From Octopus sinensis (lineage: Eukaryota): 64,000 nucleotides of DNA. The stretch spans positions 48,050,001-48,114,000 of the forward strand of contig NC_043003.1 of the NCBI RefSeq assembly GCF_006345805.1, written 5' to 3'. Shown in pieces: positions 1 through 10,814 of this stretch (the first letter of the stretch is position 1; each line of letters opens with the position of its first letter). The position numbers and the translations under genes were made by a program. Under the pieces are notes generated by a model. It did not search any database. It was not told where the DNA came from and saw only the letters and a program-made list of their open reading frames with translations.

Positions 1-265
1 CGAGGCTGGCAGACAGCCACGCTCGGATGGTGTTTTTACGTGCCACCGACACAGGTGCCAGACGAGGCTGGCGAACGGCCACGCTCGGATAGTGTTTGTT
101 ACGTGCCCTCAGCACGGAGGCCAGTCGATGCAGTACTGGCTACGGTCACGCTCGGATGGTTTTCTTATGTGCCACTGGCACTGGTACCACAAGGATACAA
201 ATTCCATTGATGTTCATCTATTTTGATTTGGTTTGATTTGATTTGATTTGATTTGATTGATTTGG
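1..265 (-). mobile_element. 5'-truncated RTE LINE 3' UTR fragment (runs off window start)
   Basis: Reverse complement matches the 3' UTR subrepeats and (ATCAA)n stretch at 36180-36440, and the 3' UTR family of the RTE at 48361-52310. Confidence 0.8.
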
Positions 266-929
266 TAAATAAAAATTCCAAAATAACAGGAAAATAAGAA
301 AATGATATTTACCACTCTCAAAATATTATACAGGTTTTATTACTTTTAACATGTATGACATGTTGTAGTCACTGATTTACTTGCTATTCCACATTGTTAT
401 TTTTTGCAGTAATCTTCTATCTAATTTTACAAATGTTTACAAACATGACCAGACATGTTTTCACAGAATAATGAAAATGAATAACATTGCTTGTATGACA
501 GTGATAATTTTTTACAACTATTACATGATGTCAAATCAAGGAAGCACAAACATACATATACGTGATGGGATTCTTTTAGTTTCCACCTACCAAATCCACT
601 CACAAGGCTTTGTTCAGCCCAGGGTTATAGTAGTAGACACTTGTTCAATGTGCCATGTACTGAGACTGAATCCATAAAATGTTGTTGGGAAGATTCTTGC
701 CACATAGTCATGCCTGCCTGCACATAATTTATACAACTATATCTATACGCATATATAAATTTGTATATCTTTCTATTCAAATTTTAAGCGCAATTAAACT
801 GGAAATTTTCAAAGTATTTACCACACTACTGCACATACCAATGCATGACTCCTATTTTGATATATTACAAGGATAAGTCAAAAATTATATGCACTCATTT
901 CTGTAACCTATTAAAACAAAAGTTGGGGT

Positions 930-1700
930 TGAGCAATTATTGTTTTTCAACATTGTCTACTTTTTCATGCACTCCTAGTTGTCCACAAGCTTGCTTATTC
1001 CATTGGAGAAGAAGGTTTTTGTATGGTTGCATATTCTTCTATACCATGCTTCCTGCCCTTCTTCATCTGTAGCAAATCGACAACCTGGTAACGGATGTTT
1101 GAGTAGTCCAAAGAGGTGATCGTTGGAAAGGGAGAGATCTGGGCTGTATAAAGTGTGTTCCAACAACACCAAACCTAATTTTTCAATGCTAATTGAATCT
1201 TCATGTTAGTGGTGGAGGTTAATGTGAGTCCTGCTCCCTTTTCATGCTTCAAGCTTGTCCAGCCGTATTTAACCCTTTTGTTACCATATTTCTGTTGAGA
1301 TGCTCTGTGTTTCTTTCAATTAATTTTAAATATAATAAAGAATTAAGTAAAATAACTTAGTTATCATTGAGCTAGTGTTAGGAACATAAATTGTGACTAA
1401 GATTTGGTGGAAGATTTTAATTCAGAACTTTTGTAAACAAGACATTTGCATTACAGAGCCAGAGGCGGTTTCAGCCATACTCACTTCTACAAGATAGAGA
1501 GCATTGCTCCCATATTGTACTGAAAGCTAGCAATGAATTTCAGCAACTGACAGACCTTCAAACTAGAGAAACTGGATCACTGATCTCTCTTCTTCTTTGG
1601 TGCACACTGCCAGCAGAGAGGCCATTTTTACTTTGTAACACAAGAAAGAAAACTGGAGCGATCAAGCTCAAACCCATGTTACGTACCACAAAAGTACCAT
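930..1700 (-). mobile_element. Degenerate mariner transposon remnant, internally deleted and interrupted by a MITE
   Basis: ORF 975-1172 has HTLYSPDLSLSNDHLFGLLK...RFATDEE (mariner YSPDL C-terminus). 1480-1650 matches the N-terminal coding region of the mariner at 20480-21600. Confidence 0.75.
1269..1477. mobile_element. piggyBac-type MITE, one end missing
   Basis: Starts TTAA-CCCTTTTGTTAC; body aligns with the complete TTAA-flanked MITE at 28746-28962. Confidence 0.65.
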
Positions 1701-2289
1701 CTTTCAGCACCAGAACACTGAAGGTAGTTCGGCCAAGTTAAAGAAAGTTTGAGCAAAAGTGCAGATAAGTTTTGACTTACCCTTATATTCTATACTGAAG
1801 CGATATTATAGTATTCTATACTAAAACAATATTGCTTCTAAAAAAATAAAAAGATACAAACTGTAATAAATGACAGATTCAGAATGTTCCAAGAGACATA
1901 ACATGACATGATGGAAAAACCAGTGAAAAGACATTGTTAATATAACACGTCAGTCGTTTGGGATGAATAAGACATTCCTTTCCATTCAAAAGAAAACTTC
2001 ATAGTTTCAATGAAGAAAGCTGGTCATGTCATCATGCCAAGATAAAGTGTGGTTGGGCAGAAAGACAAAATATGATAAATATGATAACAGACAAAAATAA
2101 GCAAAAGAAGAACTCCTGAGACAGATTTAATGACTTTACATTTTTTCTTTTACAAATCATACACTCGCACACAGACACACTGACACACAAATACATACAC
2201 ACACACACACACACATATTGGATCAAATACACTACCTTAAAAAATATAGTGTTTTTGACATTGACATAGGAATTTGCATCTTTTATCTT

Positions 2290-2845
2290 TTAATTCAGTT
2301 ATTACACTGCGATCATGCTGGAAGACCACTCGAAGGGTTTAGTCAAATAATCACCTTCAGTACATATTTTTAAAGTCTGGTAACTATTTTTGCAACTTCT
2401 TTTGAAAAACTTAGTTATGGGGGACATAAACAAACCAACACTGGTTGTCAAAGGGTAGTGGGGGACAAACACAAACACAAAGACACACACATATATCTTC
2501 TCTTTTACTTGTTTGTCATTAGACCGTGGTCATGTTGGGGTACTGCCTTGAAGAGTTTTTCGTCAAACAAATTGACCCCAATGCTCTTTTTCTTAAGCCT
2601 GATACTTATTCTGTTGGTATCTTTTACCAAACTACTAAGTTGTGGGGATGTAAACAAACCAACACCAGTTGTCAAGTGGTGGTGGTGATGGTGATGGACA
2701 AACACAGACACAAAGACACACATGATGAGCATTTTTCAGTTTCAGTCTACCAAATCCACTCAGAAGACCGGTCAGGCCCGAGGCTATAGTAGGGACCGGA
2801 CCTGGAACCATGTGGTTGGGAAGCAAGCACATTACAGCAAATTGC
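2290..2845 (-). mobile_element. Two partial copies of the abundant tRNA-derived SINE (family S1)
   Basis: Shares ctaccaaatccactca and tail blocks (taagttgtggggatgtaaacaaacc) with the intact copy at 59374-59856. Confidence 0.7.
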
Positions 2846-2849
2846 TGCA

Positions 2850-3135
2850 TTTGTTGGTAATTGCTCAGGTCATCTCAAGCAGCCCTTTGAGCAGTGACCC
2901 AGTCAGTTCTCATCTCTGCAAGACACTTCCTCATCCACTGTTACCATGTTGCATGTGCCCAACAAACACAAATCATCACCCCAGCTTGATCCTCAAAGAA
3001 GAGAGCACAATGTATGATATCCAACTCAGAAAACTGAGAAACACTACCAAACAGTCTGAGCTGACACTTTTGAATCATACAAAGAGGAAATATCCTGGAT
3101 TCTTAGTATTGTTGTTGGCTGGTTATGAAATCCAA
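2850..3135 (-). mobile_element. Old RTE-clade LINE C-terminal remnant (family distinct from 48361-52310)
   Basis: Minus-strand translation retains DFITNQ and QLRLFG-like RTE C-terminal motifs with stops and frameshifts. Confidence 0.45.
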
Positions 3136-3680
3136 CCAATGGTAATGATGATAGAGAAATGAAATAAAAAAGAAATTTGTTTACAATTTTACAGTTAACA
3201 GAGCATAACAGTGACTCATTAAGAAACACAACCATGCCCCACACACACATACACTTCAACATATACTCTGTTACTTGTTTCAGTTATTTGACTGTGACCA
3301 TGCTAGAGCACCACCTTTAGTCAAGCAAATCCACCCCAGGACTTATTCTATCAGTCCCTTTTGCTAAACCGCTAAGTTATGGGGACGTAAACACACCAGC
3401 ATCGGTTGTCAAGCGATGTTGGGGAGACAAACACAGACACACAACATATACACACACATACATACATACATACACACACATAATATATAATACATATATA
3501 TATATATATATAGTATTAATGCTAGCAGTGTTATAAGTGACTATGCATACATACATACACACACACATGACTATATATGATATATATATAATCATATTAT
3601 ATATTGTGCAGTGTGTTTATAAGTGACTATGATACATACACACACATTATATATATATATCTATATATAGATATATATAA

Positions 3681-4086
3681 TGCTAGCAGTGTTTATAAGT
3701 GACTATGCATATTTTCCACATGACCATGCTATGACTATTTTTTTTGTGTGTGTGTGTGATTACATTATTGTGTTCTTCATGTATAGGTGAAATCTAGTTT
3801 TCTCAGATCAAACAGCCATATCTATATATATATAAATATAGGCGTAGGAGTTGCTGTGTGCTAAGTAGCTTGCTTACCAACCACGTGGCACTTTGAACAA
3901 GTGTCTCCTAATATAGCCTCGGGGCAACCAAAGCCTTGTGAGTGGATTTGGTAGACGGAAACTGAAAGAAGCCTGTCGTATATATGTGTGTATTGTATAT
4001 ATATATATGAAAGAGCCTGTCGTATATATGTGTGTGTATATATATATATATATATATTATGTGTAGTAATACCAGCGTATATTATT

Positions 4087-4128
<42 letters not shown>

Positions 4129-4438
4129 TATATACGACAGGCTTCTTTCAGTTTCCGTCTACCAAATCCACTCACAAGGCTTTGGTTGCCCGAGGCTATA
4201 TTAGGAGACACTTGCCCAAAGTGCCACGTGGTTGGTAAGCAAGCTACTTAGCACACAGCAACTCCTACGCCTATATTTATATATATATAGATATGGCTGT
4301 TTGATCTGAGAAAACTAGATTTCACCTAGCCTTTATACATGAAGAACACAATAATGTAATCACACACACACACAAAAAAAATAGTCATAGCATGGTCATG
4401 TGGAAAATACGCATAGTCACTTATAAACACTGCTAGCA
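3681..4438. repeat. Long inverted repeat: arms ~3681-3991 and ~4120-4438 around a TA/TG microsatellite spacer
   Basis: Arms are reverse complements with only a few differences and share the same internally deleted SINE head. Confidence 0.92.
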
Positions 4439-4684
4439 GATCAAATAGAAACACTACCTCAATGTAGCTATTGGTCTCAGTCTGAGTACTTTATCTTACT
4501 ATTTCACTAATTATCTACAGTACACACACACAAACACACACTCTTTCTCCCTCTCTACCTGTTTATATACATGATTTCATACACTCTCTAAAAGTGAATG
4601 CATTGATGAACAAGGTGGTGTCCCAAAAAGTCAAACCTCCAAAGATGAATGCTACAACCATCTCAGTATTGACAAAATTATGAA

Positions 4685-4888
<204 letters not shown>

Positions 4889-4892
4889 GTGT

Positions 4893-5915
4893 GTTAGCCT
4901 ACCTTTGACATTGCTGCACCTCTTATGTGTCCATAGCTTACACTGGGTACATCTTATAGAGTTTCTACCTACACCTTTTCTACAGATCGAGCAGGGCCAT
5001 CTTCCTAAAGACATTTGTGCATTGTCTACCTTCCTACTTATTAGGACTTTGGTTTTACCTAGGTTGACCCTAATTCTAATCCTTGCTTCCACACCTGAAA
5101 CTTCTCCTCCAGTTCTGATAGTCACTCAGCAATTAGAGCAAGGTCATCAGCATAGAGGAGCTCCCAGGGGCATCCTGTCTTGAATTCCTCTGTTATTGCC
5201 TGGAGGACTATGATAAATAGGAGGGGGATGAGGACTGAACCTTGGTGGATCCCTACCTCTACCCGAAACCCTTCGCTGTACTCGTTTCCAACCCTCACCT
5301 TACTAACAGCGTCCCTGTACATGACTCACACAGCTCTCACTAACCATTCATCTATCCCTAGTTTCCTCATTGACCACCAGATAAGGGATCAGGGGACCCT
5401 GTCAAAGGCTTTCTCCATGTCAACGAAAGCCAGGTACAGAGGTTCATCTTTGGCTAGGTATTTCTCCTGCAGCTGTCTACCAGGAATATAGCAGCAGTGG
5501 TACTTTTCCCTGGCACGAACCCAAACTGCATCTCATCTAAACTGACTCTACTCTAATTAGTTGGGCTATGACCCTCTCCGTGAACTTCATTACCTGATCC
5601 AAGAGCTTGATACCTCTGTAATTACTTGTATCTAAGGCGTCACATTTACCTTTGTAGCAGTTGACTATGGTGCTGCAACACCAGTCATTGGATATGACTC
5701 CTTCGTGTATCACCTGGTAAACTATGCGGGTGACTAGGCTATAGCCGACACTGCCAGATATTTTGAGCATCTCTGCAGTGATTCCTGATGGGCCAGGGGC
5801 TTTCCCTGCCTTCATGCTCTTGATTACTTTATCTACCAAGGTACTGTCAATTTGGATACCTGGTCCCTCTGTTGGGTTGACAACTGGCAGACTCTCTTTC
5901 TCCCATTCATTCTCC
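4893..5915 (-). mobile_element. Internal RT fragment of the RTE family, disrupted, bounded by (TA)n on both sides
   Basis: [10 protein letters not shown]...GKAPGPSG, HQGSVL...LLYADDL and WPCSICRKG...HKRC match ORF 49972-51702; stops and indels present. Confidence 0.9.
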
Positions 5916-5916
5916 T

Positions 5917-5947
<31 letters not shown>

Positions 5948-6039
5948 ACATATATATGTACACATATATATGCATATATATATATATATACATATACACA
6001 CATGTATACATACACATGTGTATATATACACACATATTT

Positions 6040-6681
6040 GTTTGGCATCCTTTCTGTCTCGGGAGACAATGGAGTTGCGCTTTTTTTTTTTTTTTTTTTT
6101 TCTAGGTCTAGTCCGGCTGTTATATTTTATTTCCTGTTACATTTCTTGCCCGCTTTTCGAGTCGTACTCTTAGCTCCAAGCACCCAATGGAACAGGCGGC
6201 TTGTGGCGGGTCAGCACCTTATTAACTGGGGGCTGCCCAGCTTGAGGTGGGCAGTAGTTAACCAATAGGACACGGAAGTCCCTCCCACCGGCAGAGGTAA
6301 CCCGTAGCGTCCATATTTTACGCCAATCTGAATGGACTTATCACTCGTAACTGTTACCTACCGTGTTGTTTCTGCAGCTTTTTACAGCAGCACTGAAGTG
6401 TCCTCTCCAGTTTTGCGCAGGCCTGGGCTATAGGTAAGAAAGTCCTGGGTAGCCCAATCGTCAGGTTTCCTCTCTCGACCTTGCTGATGTAGTCCAGTGG
6501 AGTGCAGTGCATTACGTTTGGCACCAGCTTGGTTGCAGGAGCTGCCGGAAGAGTGTCGAATCGAACACTAGACCGCCTTCGGGGCTCCACTCCGGATTTC
6601 ATTGAAGGTTGTCTCCTTTCCGTAACCCTGGATAGGGGCCCATACCGGGTACTGTCAGCCGGAGCCAGCTAGCCCGGAACT

Positions 6682-6682
<1 letters not shown>
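6040..6682 (-). mobile_element. Non-autonomous RTE-like derivative (5' UTR-like body + A21 + short RTE-type 3' end)
   Basis: GC-rich 640-bp island between TA arrays, with several hairpins. Ends gcgcaactccattgtctcccgagacagaaaggatgccaaac, which I recall as an RTE-type 3' terminus (not database-verified). Confidence 0.55.
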
Positions 6683-6725
<43 letters not shown>

Positions 6726-6743
6726 ATATATACATATATACAT

Positions 6744-6792
<49 letters not shown>

Positions 6793-6813
6793 TATATATA
6801 TATATATATACAT

Positions 6814-6850
<37 letters not shown>

Positions 6851-6892
6851 TACATATATATATATATGTCTATATATACATACATACACACA

Positions 6893-7335
6893 TCATCATC
6901 ATCATCGTTTAACGTCCATTTTCTATGCTAGCATGGGTTGGATGGTTTGACCGGGGTCTGGGAAGCCAGGATGCTGCACCAGGCTCCAGTCTGATCTGGC
7001 AGTGTTTTTACAGCTGGATGCCCTTCCTAACGCCAACCACTCTGTGAGTGTAGTGGGTGCTTTTTACATGCCACCGGCACAGATGCCATGGGAGGCTGGC
7101 AACGGCCACGATCGGTTGGTGCTTTTTACGCGCTAGCAGCACAGACGCCAGTCAAGGTGGTACTGGCATCATTCACGTTTAGATGGTACTTTTTACGTGC
7201 CACCGGCAAGAGTACCACAACTACAATTTCCATTTGATTTTTATTTTGATGTTGATGTACTTGACTCAATAGGTCTCCTCAAGCACAGCAGGCCGTCCTA
7301 CGATCCAAGGTACTTTGGATGATGGGCTGGGGCTG
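6893..7335 (-). mobile_element. 5'-truncated RTE 3' end with (ATG)n tail
   Basis: catcatcatc...ccatgctagcatgggttgg...ctggatgcccttcctaacgccaaccac matches the RTE 3' terminus. Confidence 0.85.
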
Positions 7336-9289
7336 CTACACACACACACATACGTTCAGATAAGCACATACACATATACATGCATTCAGAGAAGCATGCA
7401 AGCATATACACACACACACACCACTTTAGCCATTTCTTGCAAGTGAGAATGTGAGAATGATTGAATAGCCTGTACCATGCATTAGCTAACTGCTTCAGGT
7501 ACTTACATGGTTGAGAGCAGACATAGATACACTCTTGGCCCTACCATCCTCGTCACAACAGAACACTGAAGATGTGACTGTTAGAGAGAGGAATGGCTGT
7601 ACTAACACTCAGTTGGTACTCATTTTCAGTGAAGTAGCCTGGAGCAACACAAAGTGATCTGTCTTGCACAGAAAAATAGCATGAACACCCAGCCGAGGAA
7701 TCAAATTCATTACCATCCCATCAGCTTCACACACACATACACAGACACACAGACATGTACACAGACACATACACACACACACCTCTTTCACATATTCAGA
7801 TTCAAGGAACTGTCTTGGCTTAAACAATAAAGGTTTGTCACTTTGTTAAAGAGTGGCTTAGATTCTACAAAGAACTTCACTAAATTTCAAAGAAATATAC
7901 TAACAAACATGCACAACACACACACATATAAATATAAGCATACATACACACACACACACACTTACAAACTGCAAGAATTGTCTTTAATAGCCTTTTTCAC
8001 TCAGATAATGAGCTGGTTGAATTCTGTGAAAAAGAACCTAAATATATTTCAATGAAAAACATCATAAACACACACATGTGAGTGCCCCCCCCCACACACA
8101 CACACATACATATACACTTATGCATGCACACTAACACAAGCATTTATACACACACATATGCTCGTGCACGCGTTATTCTTGGTGATTCAGTTAGAAGTGG
8201 AATGAACTTAAATAAAACCAGGTACTCAATACATCAAGAAGAAGATAGAATAATTCATATAATGAGAAGTACACACTGTAAAGTAGTTGGCATTAGGATG
8301 TTCAACCAGCCTTAGAAACCATGGCAAAGCAGACACTGGAGCATGATGCAGCCCTTGAACCTGTACAACCCTGACAAACCATCCACTCTAAGCCAGCAGG
8401 AAACATGGACAGATAATGATAATGATGATGGTGGTGGTGGTGATGATGAAGTAACTCTTACAGAAGTGGTACTGTTTCATTCATAAAGAATTCATCTGCA
8501 AGACGCTACTATGTGTCTGTGGTTAAGCGGGTTTGGACAGAACTAGTTGATTGGCAGTTATAGGTGTTGCAATTTAGTTGGTATAAAGAGGTTTGCATAC
8601 CACATGATGGTTAGGTCCGCATTACCCCACAAGGAGCATGGGGCCAGTTTCCCAGTATTTCTGGTATATATATGTTCCTCCCCGGATGGGGTGCCAGTCC
8701 ATCACAAAATTACTCATTTTTACCTGCTGAGTGGACTGGAGCAACAGCACAGTCCAGGAATCAAAACCACAATCTTGCGATCATGAGTCCAACACTCTAA
8801 CCACCATACTATGCACATCCACACAAAGAATATGATGCCTCACAGTTTTTGTGATGACTTTCTGCCCTTCCAAAATCAACTCTGCCTTTCATGTTTTAAA
8901 GTTTGATAAAAATAGGATCAAGATCAATTCAAGACTATGGAATGGCAGAATTGTTAGTGTTGGACAAGATGCTTTGCAGAATCAGTAATGGCTCTTTGCA
9001 TTCTGAAGGCAACAAGAGTGTGCCAAGTGATATCATATCATGACATGATGTCACTTGGCACCAAGAAAGGGATGGTGAAGGGACACTTGCATGCATAGGC
9101 AATGGGTAGTCTTCCACAAAAAAACTTGGCTGGTTTGTGCATCATGCTCAACCTTAATCAACTGTAGTCCTGGACACACACAGACACACGTGTGCAAGCA
9201 TGCACACATACTTACACATGTACATGCATACACACACATGTATGTGATGAACTTTTCTCTTTAGTTCTGTCCACATTTGCTTGATGATA

Positions 9290-9800
9290 TTTAAGTCAGA
9301 GCTGGCTAATCTTTCAATATGGTAACACCTTCATCAACCAGTTTCTGTTGTTGCACGTAATCTGTGGTATGGCACTCCGTTATGTTGAAAAATCTCACCT
9401 TCATCCAAGTCTGGTATCAAATTGTCCTTCAGAAACTGGATGTATTTGGCACTATTCAAGTTACGATCAATTTTAACCAACTTTCTTGAACCATCACTCT
9501 TTATGTCTCTCCAAAGCATCAGACTCTTACCCCCAAATGTCACTGTTTTCATCATGTAACGATGGTTGTTTCGCTTTCCTGGAGATCTTCTGACAAATTC
9601 TCACTTATTATTTGATTGCTTTATGTGAGGTGGATGTAAACTTTTGCACAGCTATTTTTGATGTTCGTCTCGCATCTTCCACTCGCATTTAGAACCCCTA
9701 CTACACAATATAATGACCCCAACAGGGCCAATGTTTCATCTGTAAAAAACACAATGTGAAACATCCACTTATAAGTTGGCAATTAGTAGAAATTTACAAC
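9290..9800 (-). mobile_element. Tc1-like transposase remnant
   Basis: GGKSLMLW...KIDRNLNSAKYIQFL...IFQHNGVPYH resembles the Tc1 DDE core (GGGSVMVW / FQQDNAP.H). Confidence 0.75.
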
Positions 9801-9915
9801 ATTTTAAAGTGGTTGAAGACTTTAGCACGAAACTGTATGTATGTATGATGTATGTGTGTTTATGTACGCGTGAGTGAGTATATATATATATATCCATGCA
9901 AGCATGGAAGGCAGA

Positions 9916-10590
9916 AGGCCACGGGTTATGGTCTCACTTGTCCTGTGCGAGAAGACCCGGCAGGACAAGTGAGACCATAACCCGTAGCCTTCTACATGGG
10001 ATGTAGCCTGCCCACTTATGCATACCTTTCCTTCTTGGGACACAAAACTCTACTTGTGAAGACTTATTGAGGCAAGTGAGGATCAGAATCGAAATCGATC
10101 ATTGATAATTGCAGCTGAGTTACCAGTGCCGGTGGCACGTAAGAGAACCATCCGAATGTGGCCGTTGCCAGCGCCGCCCAGACTGGCCTTGTGCCGGTGG
10201 CACGTAAAAAGCACCATCCGTTTGTGGCCGTTGCCAGCCTCGCCTGGCCCCCGTGCCGGTGGCACGTAAAAAAGCACCATCCGTTCGTGGCCATTTGCCA
10301 GACTCGTCTGGCACCACCATCCGTTCGTGGCCATTGCCAGTGCTGCCCCAACTGGCCTCATGCCGGTGGCACGTAAAAAGCACCATCCATCCGTGGCCGT
10401 TTGCCAGCTCCGTCTGGCACGTAAAAAGCACCCACTACACTCACGGAGTGGTTGGCGTTAGGAAGGGCATCCAGCCATAGAAACACTGCCAGATCAGACT
10501 GGGCCTGATGCAGCCTTCTGGCTTCACAGACCCCAGTTGAACCGTCCAACCCATGCTAGCATGGAAAGCGGACGCTAAGTGATGATGATG
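9916..10590 (+). mobile_element. 5'-truncated RTE insertion with TSD and 5' fold-back
   Basis: Flanked by (AT)n-ccatgc[a/c]agcatggaaggcaga on both sides; empty site present at ~13540-13567. Confidence 0.9.
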
Positions 10591-10814
10591 ATATATATAT
10601 ATATATATATCCATGCCAGCATGGAAGGCAGACATTAAATGATGATGATATATATATATCAGGCAAGGGAATTCGAAATAAAACTCGGTGACTGGCATCC
10701 GTTGCTAGTGGAGCGCTAAGAGTACCATTCAAGTGAGATCGTTGCCAGTGTAACAAGCTGGCCTTCATGCCGATGGAACGTTAAAAACACCATTCAAGCA
10801 TGATCGTTACCTGC

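Larger units (their letters stand above)
7236..10814 (+). repeat. Tandem duplication copy 1 (3579 bp, includes an extra RTE insertion)
   Basis: Starts gatttttattttgatgttgatg as at 10815; collinear with 10815-13755 at roughly 95-98% identity by eye. Confidence 0.93.

Noticed and set aside
1477-1760. Exon-like segment ending in gtgagt on the minus strand
   Set aside because: It is the N-terminal part of a decayed mariner, cut by a MITE.
10125-10430. Short repeats separated by spacers, superficially CRISPR-like
   Set aside because: The spacers are themselves repeated, the array is part of the RTE 3' UTR, the DNA is eukaryotic, and no cas genes are present.
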